Positions 30,254 through 38,145 of a DNA stretch of 64,000 bases are shown here, in pieces. Positions within the stretch are counted from its first letter, which is position 1; every line of letters starts with the position of its first letter. The DNA is from Alphaproteobacteria bacterium (GTDB lineage Bacteria; Pseudomonadota; Alphaproteobacteria; UBA8366; G965603855). Under the pieces are notes generated by a model. It saw only the letters and a program-made list of their open reading frames with translations. It did no database searches and was not told the origin of the DNA. Made by a program: the position numbers and the translations under genes. The stretch is from contig OZ272519.1 of the NCBI GenBank assembly GCA_965603855.1, positions 4,379,781 to 4,443,780 on the forward strand, written 5' to 3'.

Positions 30254-32381
30254 GCACTGGAGCCTGCGCCGGCGCGTCTTCCTGTTTTTCGCCTTTTTCG
30301 GGCTCGGCAGTTCTGTGGCCATTGCGATCGCGATGTGGCTTGCCGCGGCGCGCATCGGTGAAACCGCAACACCGCATCTCGTCTTGTTCGGCGGCCTCGC
30401 CGCCTTCGCCATCATGGGCCTGGCGTACTGGGGCTGGCGCCTGTTCGACGACAACGTCGCACGTCCGATCGAAGCGATCGTGGGAAACGTCCGCAGCACG
30501 GTCCACGCGGGCGGCGTTCCCCGCCTCTCCGAGACCCAGGCACGCTACCTTGGCGGGCTGGGAGCCGTCGTGCATGAGGCGACAGAGGCGCTGGTGCGCG
30601 CGCGCGGCGACATCGAAGCCGAAGTTGAACAAGCCATCGAAGAGGCAAACGGTCAGAAGAACCGGCTGGAAGCGGTGTTGCGCGATCTCGACCAGGGCGT
30701 GGTGATCTGCACGCTGGACCACAAGACGCTTCTCTACAATCGAAAGGCGCTCCAGATCCTGCATGTCTCCGGCGACCTCGGGCTTGGCCGCAGCCTTTTC
30801 GGCGTCATCACTGCACAACCGATCCGGCATGCGCTTGAACGTCTGGTCCATCGGTTCGAGGAGGAACACTATTCCGACCAGCCCGAAGGCCTCAGCACGC
30901 TTATGGTGTGCGCCACCAGCGACGGACATTCGACATTGCAGGGGCGGCTGTCTCTGGTTCTGGATGCCTCGGAAACGAAGCCGGTCGGCTATGTCGCGAC
31001 GTTCGAGGATGTGACGCACACCCTTGCGTTGCACGCCAAACGCGACCGGCTGCTGCGCGAGGCGACCGAGGCTTTGCGCCGGCCCGTGGCAAACCTGCGC
31101 GCCGCCACCGAGATGATGACCGAAGACGCCAAGATGGACAAAGAAGCGCGGGCCGACTTCGAAAGGGTCCTGGGTTCCGAGGTCATCGACCTGTCGGAGC
31201 GTCTTGACCGACTGGAGGCGGATTCCCGCGAACTCCTGACGGGCGCCTGGCCCATGAGCGACGTCGCGTCGGTATCGCTGTTCAACTGTATCATCCGGCG
31301 CGACTCGGAAGACCGCGACCTGACCGTCGAGATCGCAGGTGAATCGGTCTGGATGCACTGTGACAGTCTCACGATCGTCGAGCTTCTCGATCGAATGATG
31401 AACCGGATTTCGCAGCAGACCGGGCTGCGCGCCTTCACCCTTGAGGCCAGTCAGGCTGAAAGAAAGGTCTACATCGATATGCGCTGGAAAGGCGACGTCG
31501 TTTCCATGAGCGCGGTCGATGGCTGGCTGAGCGAGGGGCTTGACGCCAGTCTCGGGGGCATATCGGGGCGTGACGTGCTCGACAGGCACAGATCGGAGTT
31601 TTGGTGTGAAGCCGGCCCGAATGGAGGGGCTCAGCTGCGCCTGCCGCTCGCACCGCCATCCAGGCGCCATGCGCACCTATCCGAAGGGACGGTTAGCTGG
31701 CCCTCGGAGCGGCCGGAGTTCTATGATTTCGATCTGCTGGAACAGGTCGATCCCGCCGCGATCGACGACACGCCGCTCAGGGCGCTCACCTATGTCGTGT
31801 TCGATACCGAGACCACGGGCCTCGAGCCGTCACGCGGCGACGAAATCGTCTCGATCGCCGGCGTGCGGATCGTCAACGGACGTGTCCTGCGCGGAGAGAT
31901 ATTCGATCAACTGGTCAACCCGGGGCGCCAGATCCCCAACGCATCGAGCAAGGTGCATGGCATTACCGACGGGATGGTCGCCGAGGCGCCGGCGATCGCG
32001 GACGTTCTCCCGCGCTTTCATGCCTTCTCGCGCGATGCGGTCTTCGTGGCGCACAATGCGGCTTTTGACATGCGCTTCCTGACGCTGAAGCAGGACGCCT
32101 GCGGCGTGCGTTTCGACAATCCGGTCCTGGACACGGTTTTGCTGGGGGCGCATCTCTACGGAACCACCGAAAGCCTCAGCCTCGATTCGCTGATCGCCCG
32201 GTTCGGCATCGAAATTGCCGAGGAGGATCGCCACACGGCGCTGGGAGACGCGCTTGCCACCGCCGCGCTGTTCGTTCGGTTCCTGGATACGCTCGAAGCG
32301 ACGGGCATACGAACGCTGCGCGATGCCGTGGAGGCATCGAACAAGGTGGTCGCCATCCGGCGGCGGCAGTCGAAATACTGA
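30243..32381 (+). CDS. TM-PAS-pseudo-HisKA-DEDDh 3'-5' exonuclease fusion
   Basis: Two TM helices, PAS-like QGVVICTLDHKTLLYN, DHp-like TEALRRPVANLRA, exonuclease FDTETTGL / HNAAFD / HTALGDA. Confidence 0.85.
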   Translation: MMLEHWSLRRRVFLFFAFFGLGSSVAIAIAMWLAAARIGETATPHLVLFGGLAAFAIMGLAYWGWRLFDDNVARPIEAIVGNVRSTVHAGGVPRLSETQARYLGGLGAVVHEATEALVRARGDIEAEVEQAIEEANGQKNRLEAVLRDLDQGVVICTLDHKTLLYNRKALQILHVSGDLGLGRSLFGVITAQPIRHALERLVHRFEEEHYSDQPEGLSTLMVCATSDGHSTLQGRLSLVLDASETKPVGYVATFEDVTHTLALHAKRDRLLREATEALRRPVANLRAATEMMTEDAKMDKEARADFERVLGSEVIDLSERLDRLEADSRELLTGAWPMSDVASVSLFNCIIRRDSEDRDLTVEIAGESVWMHCDSLTIVELLDRMMNRISQQTGLRAFTLEASQAERKVYIDMRWKGDVVSMSAVDGWLSEGLDASLGGISGRDVLDRHRSEFWCEAGPNGGAQLRLPLAPPSRRHAHLSEGTVSWPSERPEFYDFDLLEQVDPAAIDDTPLRALTYVVFDTETTGLEPSRGDEIVSIAGVRIVNGRVLRGEIFDQLVNPGRQIPNASSKVHGITDGMVAEAPAIADVLPRFHAFSRDAVFVAHNAAFDMRFLTLKQDACGVRFDNPVLDTVLLGAHLYGTTESLSLDSLIARFGIEIAEEDRHTALGDALATAALFVRFLDTLEATGIRTLRDAVEASNKVVAIRRRQSKY

Positions 32382-32383
32382 AT

Positions 32384-32632
32384 ATGGCGATCCGGAGAAA
32401 ACCGATGGCGCGAGCCCCCCGTGTTGGCGAAGGGGCGGTGGCCGCAACGCTTCTGGGCATTGTGTTGCTCAACAGCCCGCTCGTCGACCTGTTCGACCAG
32501 GGCGCTGCGGTTGCCGGGATCCCGGCATTCGTCGCCTATGTCTTCGCAGCCTGGGCCCTGCTGATCGGACTGTTGGCCTGGACGATGCGGCGCCGCCCGG
32601 CCGAGCGGCCGAACGACGGCACCGAGAACTGA
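32384..32632 (+). CDS. Small two-TM protein preceding the SSS kinase
   Basis: Two hydrophobic segments (LLGIVLLNSPL; GIPAFVAYVFAAWALLIGL) in the operon. Confidence 0.75.
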   Translation: MAIRRKPMARAPRVGEGAVAATLLGIVLLNSPLVDLFDQGAAVAGIPAFVAYVFAAWALLIGLLAWTMRRRPAERPNDGTEN

Positions 32633-32642
32633 GCGACGCGTC

Positions 32643-35333
32643 ATGTTCTCCACTTGGCAGCTTGTTCTCGTCGCTGTCCTTTACATGCTGGTTCTGTTCG
32701 GCGTCGCCTATTATGCGGACAAGCGCGCGGAGCGCGGCCGCGGTCTTGTAAACCATCCGGCCATCTACACGCTCTCGATCGCGGTCTACTGCACCAGCTG
32801 GACCTTCTACGGCAGCGTTGGCCGGGCGACGCAATCGGGCTTGGGATTTCTGCCGATCTATCTGGGCCCGACCCTGGCGTTCGGGTTCGGCTGGTTTCTG
32901 ATCCGCAAGATCGTCGTGATTGCCAAGGCCCAGCGAACGACCTCGATCGCGGACTTCATCGCGGCCCGCTACGGCAAGAGCCAAGGCGTCGCCGGGCTGG
33001 TCGCGCTGATCGCGGTGGTCGGGACCGTTCCCTACATCGCGCTGCAGCTGAAGGCGGTGTCGACCAGTCTGGACGTCCTGGCCGGTGATCCGACCGTGAC
33101 GACGTCAAGCGCGTCCGACGGGACGTCGCTGATCGTTGCCATTGCGCTTGCCGTGTTCGCGATGCTGTTCGGGGCCCGCCATATCGACGCCACCGAGCAA
33201 CACGAGGGGGTCATCGTCGCGATCGCGTTCGAGTCGGTGGTCAAGCTGGCCGCCTTCCTGGCGGTCGGTGTGTTCGTCACTTTCATGCTGCATGACGGCT
33301 TTGGCGACTTGTTCGCCCGCGCCGGCGAGCATCCGGAGATTGCCCGCCTGCTCAGCTTCGAAGCGGCGGCGCCGGGCTGGGTGGTGCTTACCGTGCTTTC
33401 GGCCGTAGCGATCGTGTGCCTGCCGAGGCAGTTTCAGGTGACCGTCGTCGGCAACGTCGACCAGAACCACATCCGGACCGCCATCTGGCTGTTTCCGCTT
33501 TATCTCCTTCTCATCAACGTCTTTGTTCTGCCGATCGCGCTTGCCGGCCTCTTGCGGTTTTCCGACGGGTCGATCGATGCCGATGCCTTCGTCCTGGCGC
33601 TGCCGATGGCGGAGGGGGCCGGGGCTCTGGCGCTGGCGGTGTTCATCGGCGGGCTTTCGGCGGCGACGGCCATGGTGATCGTTGCCACGATCACGATCAG
33701 CATCATGGCATCGAACGATCTGGTGATGCCCGTTCTTCTGCGGTTCGGGCCGCGCCGGCTCAGGCAGACATCCGATCTGACGCGGCTGCTGCTTGGTGTG
33801 CGTCGTGCCGCGATGGTGCTCACGCTGACGCTTGGCTACCTCTATTTCAGAATGGTCGACGCCTCCACCGCGCTGGTCTCGATCGGGCTGGTGGCGTTCG
33901 CGGCCGCGGCGCAGTTTGCCCCGGTCCTGTTCGGCGCGCTGTTCTGGCGCGGCGGAACGCGGATCGGCGCGATCGCCGGATTGAGCGCCGGTTTCCTGGT
34001 CTGGGGCTACACCCTGTTCGTGCCGTCCCTGCTGCCGGCGGAGTTTGCCAACGAAGGCCTGTTCGGCATCGACGCGCTGCGGCCCTATGCGCTGTTCGGT
34101 CTCCGGGATCTCGATCCCATTACGCATGCGCTGTTCTGGAGCATGCTGGCCAACATCGGAGGTTTCGTAACGGTCTCGCTGTGCACCAGTCCCAGCATGA
34201 TCGAAAGAACCCAGGCGACCTTGTATGTCGAGGCGCTGAACCCGGAGAGCGCCCAGGCGGCCGCGGTCGTGTCCGGCGGCGGCCCGAAGATGGAGGCACT
34301 TAAGGACCTTGGAGAGCGTTTCGTCGGTCGAGAGGCCACCGGGCGCGCGCTTGAAGACTATGCACGGCGTCAGAACCTCGATCTGGCCGCGACGACGACC
34401 GCCGATGCGGAGATGGTGCGGATCGTCGAACGGCTGATCGCCGGAGCCGTCGGAGCGGCGTCGGCGCGGGTGGCCGCCGCCTCGATGCTTCAGCGTGAGG
34501 ACGCCAAGACCGAGGACATCCTGCGCATGCTGGATGAAACGAGTGAGGTTCTGGAATACAGCCGTCGCCTCGAACAGAAGGGCCGGGCGCTGGAGACGGC
34601 GACCCGGGAGCTCAGGCAGGCGAACGAGCGCCTGAAGGAACTAGACGTGCTCAAGGACGAGTTTCTCTCAACGGTGACGCATGAGCTGCGAACGCCGTTG
34701 ACGTCGATCCGGGCGCTGACGGAGTTGATGTTCGACGAGCCCGACATGGACAGCGCGCAGCGGCAGGAATATCTCGGCGTGGTGATCAGCGAGAGCGAGC
34801 GGCTGACCCGTCTCATCAATCAGGTTCTCGATGCCGCGAAAATCGAAGCGGGCCAGATGGACTGGCAGGTCGAACGCTTCGATCTCGGCGCCCTCGTGCG
34901 ACAGGCGGCGGAAAGCATGCGCGGCCTGTTCGAGGCCGACGGCGTGGGCCTGACGATTTCCGTGCCCCCATCCGCCGTTCCCGTCAACGGGGACAAGGAC
35001 AAGGTTTCCCAGGTGGTGCTCAATCTTCTTTCCAATGCGCTCAAATTCAGTCCCAAGGCCACCGGGCGTGTGACCGTCACCCTGGCGCCGGATCGGGACT
35101 TCCCGTCCGTCCGCGTGTCGGACAACGGCCCCGGTATTCCCGAGGACCAGCGCGAAGCGATCTTCGACCGGTTTCACCAGACGGCCTCGGACGCATCGGG
35201 CAACCCCGCCGGCACCGGGCTGGGGCTCGCGATCAGCCGGATGATCGTGGAGTATCTCGGCGGGCGGATCTGGGTCGACCACAGCGGTGCGGACGGCAGC
35301 CAGTTTGTGTTTACGTTGCCGGCGGGCGAGTGA
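32643..35333 (+). CDS. SLC5/SSS-fused sensor histidine kinase (CrbS/CbrA-like)
   Basis: YCTSWTFYGSVG SSS N-terminus, LPRQFQV, H-box THELRTPL, NLLSNALKF, DNGPG, GTGLGL. Confidence 0.92.
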   Translation: MFSTWQLVLVAVLYMLVLFGVAYYADKRAERGRGLVNHPAIYTLSIAVYCTSWTFYGSVGRATQSGLGFLPIYLGPTLAFGFGWFLIRKIVVIAKAQRTTSIADFIAARYGKSQGVAGLVALIAVVGTVPYIALQLKAVSTSLDVLAGDPTVTTSSASDGTSLIVAIALAVFAMLFGARHIDATEQHEGVIVAIAFESVVKLAAFLAVGVFVTFMLHDGFGDLFARAGEHPEIARLLSFEAAAPGWVVLTVLSAVAIVCLPRQFQVTVVGNVDQNHIRTAIWLFPLYLLLINVFVLPIALAGLLRFSDGSIDADAFVLALPMAEGAGALALAVFIGGLSAATAMVIVATITISIMASNDLVMPVLLRFGPRRLRQTSDLTRLLLGVRRAAMVLTLTLGYLYFRMVDASTALVSIGLVAFAAAAQFAPVLFGALFWRGGTRIGAIAGLSAGFLVWGYTLFVPSLLPAEFANEGLFGIDALRPYALFGLRDLDPITHALFWSMLANIGGFVTVSLCTSPSMIERTQATLYVEALNPESAQAAAVVSGGGPKMEALKDLGERFVGREATGRALEDYARRQNLDLAATTTADAEMVRIVERLIAGAVGAASARVAAASMLQREDAKTEDILRMLDETSEVLEYSRRLEQKGRALETATRELRQANERLKELDVLKDEFLSTVTHELRTPLTSIRALTELMFDEPDMDSAQRQEYLGVVISESERLTRLINQVLDAAKIEAGQMDWQVERFDLGALVRQAAESMRGLFEADGVGLTISVPPSAVPVNGDKDKVSQVVLNLLSNALKFSPKATGRVTVTLAPDRDFPSVRVSDNGPGIPEDQREAIFDRFHQTASDASGNPAGTGLGLAISRMIVEYLGGRIWVDHSGADGSQFVFTLPAGE

Positions 35334-35365
35334 TTGTCGAGGAAACGCCGGGGAACTGCCGGCCC

Positions 35366-35426
35366 GCCCTGCGAAGCGCGCAAGCGCGAAGCGGGGCGGC
35401 GCGCCTGAGTGGAGAAAGCTCGAACC
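35366..35426. repeat. Degenerate copy of tRNA-Arg 3' end plus flank (att-like scar), copy A
   Basis: 56/61 nt identical to 37027-37087 by manual comparison; resembles 37154-37205 (GGCGCGCC...TCGAACC). Confidence 0.75.
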
Positions 35427-35700
35427 GGGTGTTCGTGTCTTTCGCGGGATGCAATGCGGCCCTGGAAGCCGCGAACCCGGCGTTCATGCCGATGCCAACG
35501 GTCTCACCTTAGACCGCACTTCCGATCTTGGGGGTGAGGCGGATGCGGCATATAGCGCGCCATTCTTCCCGGATCTGCCAAGTGCAGACGAACAAGAAGA
35601 ACACGACGAGCATCCCCGTTCTCGTTAATCAGCGGAAGACGACGCGCTTGCGCTCTGGAGAGGGCGAGCAAGGACGCACGGCATGGCTGCAGCACACAGT

Positions 35701-36288
35701 TTACGGGGCCGCAGAACCCTCAGCGAGACGGCAGATCAAGTCCACATGTGTTTCGAGCCATTCGCGATCGAGCGGTAGACCGGCAATCAGCTTTCGGAAA
35801 TAGGGCACTGCAATCGCCATCTGCACGAGATAATCGACGGGTACGCCGGGCGACAACTCGCCTCGCGCTTCGGCGGCGGCAAAAATCGCTTTCGTGAACG
35901 CCATCCGCTCCTTCATGAAATCATTGATGACGGCGCGCGCCTCCTGATCGGTGGCCGCCGCGGCAATCACCTGCGGCGCAATCTGGCCCCAGGGTGTTTC
36001 GTTGAGAGCTGCCAACAGAATTCCCAGCAACCAGGTCAAGTCCGCGCGCAGCGGCCCGTCGGTTTGTGGAGCGATGTAGGTCGGCGTGGCGGCGCGCTTG
36101 AAGGCATCGTTGCGCATCCGGCTGATCTCTGGCCAATGCCGGTAAAGCGTGCTCCGAGAAATACCGGTTCTTGCACTGACCGAGGCATGGGTGACCGCCA
36201 GAACGCCTTCATCGCGAAGGATGTTTTGTGCGGCATCCAAAGCCTGATTCCGCGTTGCCGTCAGGCGAGGGTCTTCCGGTTTGCTCAT
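35701..36288 (-). CDS. TetR/AcrR family transcriptional regulator
   Basis: N-terminal HTH VSARTGISRSTLYRHW; TetR_C-type C-terminus. Confidence 0.93.
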   Translation of the reverse strand: MSKPEDPRLTATRNQALDAAQNILRDEGVLAVTHASVSARTGISRSTLYRHWPEISRMRNDAFKRAATPTYIAPQTDGPLRADLTWLLGILLAALNETPWGQIAPQVIAAAATDQEARAVINDFMKERMAFTKAIFAAAEARGELSPGVPVDYLVQMAIAVPYFRKLIAGLPLDREWLETHVDLICRLAEGSAAP

Positions 36289-36300
36289 AGAATTCTATTT

Positions 36301-36339
36301 ACGATACATTTTGTTGCGTAGCGATACAAATTGTCCTAT
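36301..36339. promoter_or_regulatory. Tandem putative TetR operators
   Basis: ACGATACA-TTT-TGTTGCGT and GCGATACA-AAT-TGTCCTAT, both variants of a CGATACA-N3-TGTATCG palindrome, in the tetR/cyt c' divergent region. Confidence 0.55.
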
Positions 36340-36454
36340 ACCCTTCTCTCGGACGGTTTGCGGCCTCGCCTGGGGTGCTGAAATCTTCCGGGTATGAACG
36401 CAGGAGATCAAGTGCTCGCTGGATACGCATCCTGACCTGAACAGGGGAGACGAC

Positions 36455-36937
36455 ATGCTAAAATCACTTTCTATCGCGACCGCCGGCGCCGCGATTGCAC
36501 TCAGCGTTGCGGCCCAGGTCGGCTTTGCGGCCGATCCCGAGCCGTTCGCCAATGAGATCAAGGCCCGCAAGGCCGTCATGCAGATCCAGGCCTTTAACCT
36601 CGGCACCCTCGGTGCCATGGTGAAGGGCCAAATCCCCTACGATGCAAAGGTGGCGCAGGACGCGGCCGACAACCTGAATGCCGCCGTGAACATGAAGAAC
36701 GGCGCGATGTGGCCCGAGGGCTCGGACCTCGGCGCGCTCGGCGCGCGCACGCGCGCGAAGCCGGAGGCTTGGACGATGTATCCCAAGGTCGCCGAGCAGA
36801 GCATGGCGCTCAAGGAAGCCGCCGCGAAGATGGCGGCAGAAGCCGGCAATGGCCTCGACGCGGTCAAGGCCAACATGAAGGCCATCGGTCAGAGCTGCGG
36901 GGGCTGCCATGACATCACGCGCGGCCCGAAGAATTAG
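36455..36937 (+). CDS. Cytochrome c' / c556 (class II)
   Basis: Signal peptide, IKARKAVM, RAKPEAW, single C-terminal CGGCH. Confidence 0.93.
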   Translation: MLKSLSIATAGAAIALSVAAQVGFAADPEPFANEIKARKAVMQIQAFNLGTLGAMVKGQIPYDAKVAQDAADNLNAAVNMKNGAMWPEGSDLGALGARTRAKPEAWTMYPKVAEQSMALKEAAAKMAAEAGNGLDAVKANMKAIGQSCGGCHDITRGPKN

Positions 36938-37026
36938 AACCAACCGCACGCGCATTTCCCGGCTCGCCTGCACCGCCGGAGCGGCAACCGAGCCCGCCAT
37001 GCCGATACGCGCGCGATAGCGGGGTT

Positions 37027-37087
37027 GCCCTGCGAAGCGCACGAGCGCGAAGCGGGGCGGCGCGCCTGAGGGGAAAAAGTTCGAACC
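37027..37087. repeat. Degenerate copy of tRNA-Arg 3' end plus flank (att-like scar), copy B
   Basis: Direct repeat of 35366-35426. Confidence 0.75.
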
Positions 37088-37180
37088 CGCGTCAGCCCTG
37101 CTACGCCAAGGCTTCGCAGGGCACTCCTTCGTCTAACGCGCTTCGCGTGGCTTGCCACCCGAAGCTCGAAGAGCGAAGGG

Positions 37181-37257
37181 TGGCGCGCCCGGCAGGACTC
37201 GAACCTGCGACCCCTTGATTAGGAATCAAGTGCTCTATCCGGCTGAGCTACGGGCGC
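37181..37257 (-). tRNA. tRNA-Arg (anticodon CCT)
   Basis: GCGCCCG acceptor stem, TAGCTCAGCCGGATAGAGCA D-arm, CTTGA-TTCCTAA-TCAAG anticodon arm, GGTTCGAGTCC T-loop, encoded CCA. Confidence 0.97.
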
Positions 37258-37315
37258 GCGTGAGTGAGCTATAGCAAAGCCGGCCGCCGGGCGGTAGGGC
37301 GAACGGCAGGCCCGT

Positions 37316-37744
37316 TCAGAGGATCTCGACCACCTCGATCTGGAAGGTCAGGTCCTCGCCCGCCAGCGGATGGTTGCCGTCCAGCGTGACGGTGTCGTCG
37401 GTCATCTCCACGATGGTCAGCACAAACACCTGGCCGCCATCGCCGGTCGCCTGGACCTGGCTTCCCACGCCCAACTCGACGTCTTGGGGCATCAACGAAC
37501 GCTCGACGATCTGGATCGCCTCATCCCGGCGCGGGCCATAGGCGTTCTCCGCCGTGATCTCCACCGTCGCCTTGTCGCCGACGGCCATGCCGACGATGGC
37601 GTCCTCCAGGTGGGGAATGATGCTTTTCTCGCCGATCTTGAACTGCAGCGGGTCGCGCCCGGCCGACGAGTCGAACTCGGTGCCGTCCTTCAGCGTGCCG
37701 GTGTAGTGAATGCGGACGGTGTCCCCGACGGCAACCTGCGCCAT
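37316..37744 (-). CDS. FKBP-type peptidyl-prolyl isomerase (SlyD/FkpB-like, no His tail)
   Basis: VRIHYTGTLKDGTEFDSS, DGNHPLAGEDLTF. Confidence 0.95.
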   Translation of the reverse strand: MAQVAVGDTVRIHYTGTLKDGTEFDSSAGRDPLQFKIGEKSIIPHLEDAIVGMAVGDKATVEITAENAYGPRRDEAIQIVERSLMPQDVELGVGSQVQATGDGGQVFVLTIVEMTDDTVTLDGNHPLAGEDLTFQIEVVEIL

Positions 37745-37877
37745 GGCATGTCTCCTTTGGTCCCAGTGCAAACGCGTCCTGGTCGATCTGGCGACATACC
37801 GAATTCCTGGTCGGCCGACAGGCGATCACGGAGCGCACCGTATCAGCGCCGGCCCGCCCTGGCAACGCAACCGCGGG

Positions 37878-37910
37878 CAAACGAAAAGAGCCGCCCTTTT
37901 GGGGCGGCTC
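37878..37910 (-). terminator. Rho-independent terminator
   Basis: GAGCCGCCCC-aaa-AGGGCGGCTC followed by TTTTCGTTT on the minus strand. Confidence 0.85.
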
Positions 37911-37961
37911 TCCACGAAGTGGGCAAAGCCCTCTTCCGTGATCTCTTCAGATCGCGGGTTC

Positions 37962-38039
37962 TTACACCGTCCGCAGAGGCTGCTCCATGGCCGGCGAAAA
38001 ACACCCGGTTGAGGGCGTTGCACGCAAATCGCTAGACAT
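37962..38039 (-). CDS. Unannotated 25-aa small ORF (MSSDLRATPSTGCFSPAMEQPLRTV)
   Basis: Preceded by AGAAAGGAGGTGATCCA, with GGAGG 7 nt from ATG; own promoter-like element and terminator. Confidence 0.6.
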   Translation of the reverse strand: MSSDLRATPSTGCFSPAMEQPLRTV

Positions 38040-38118
38040 TGGATCACCTCCTTTCTGTTGTTAAAGCCAGAGTGGGCGCGGACGGGGCATGGAACCCACG
38101 CCGTCTGCCCAGGGTGCA

Positions 38119-38145
38119 GATTGGACGATTCTCCGCGTCTGTCAA
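38119..38145 (-). promoter_or_regulatory. Putative sigma70 promoter for the sORF transcript
   Basis: Exact TTGACA (38145-38140) with CAATCT 16 nt downstream. Confidence 0.5.

Noticed and set aside
30243-32381. DNA polymerase III epsilon (dnaQ)
   Set aside because: It has a DEDDh domain, but this is fused to TM/PAS/pseudo-kinase domains in a transporter operon.
27464-32381. CBASS-like anti-phage NTase/nuclease system
   Set aside because: The NTase is the cNMP-CBS-DUF294 (GlnD-like) type rather than cGAS/DncV-like, and the context is carbon uptake.
38040-38056. 16S rRNA gene fragment
   Set aside because: Only the final 17 nt match. The adjacent helix-45 sequence (GTAACAAGGTAGCCGTAGGGGAACCTGCGGC) is absent, and the match is positioned as an SD for a minus-strand ORF.
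37860-38110. tmRNA, 6S, SRP or RNase P RNA
   Set aside because: No tRNA-like ends or tag peptide, and no recognisable conserved motifs of the other RNAs.
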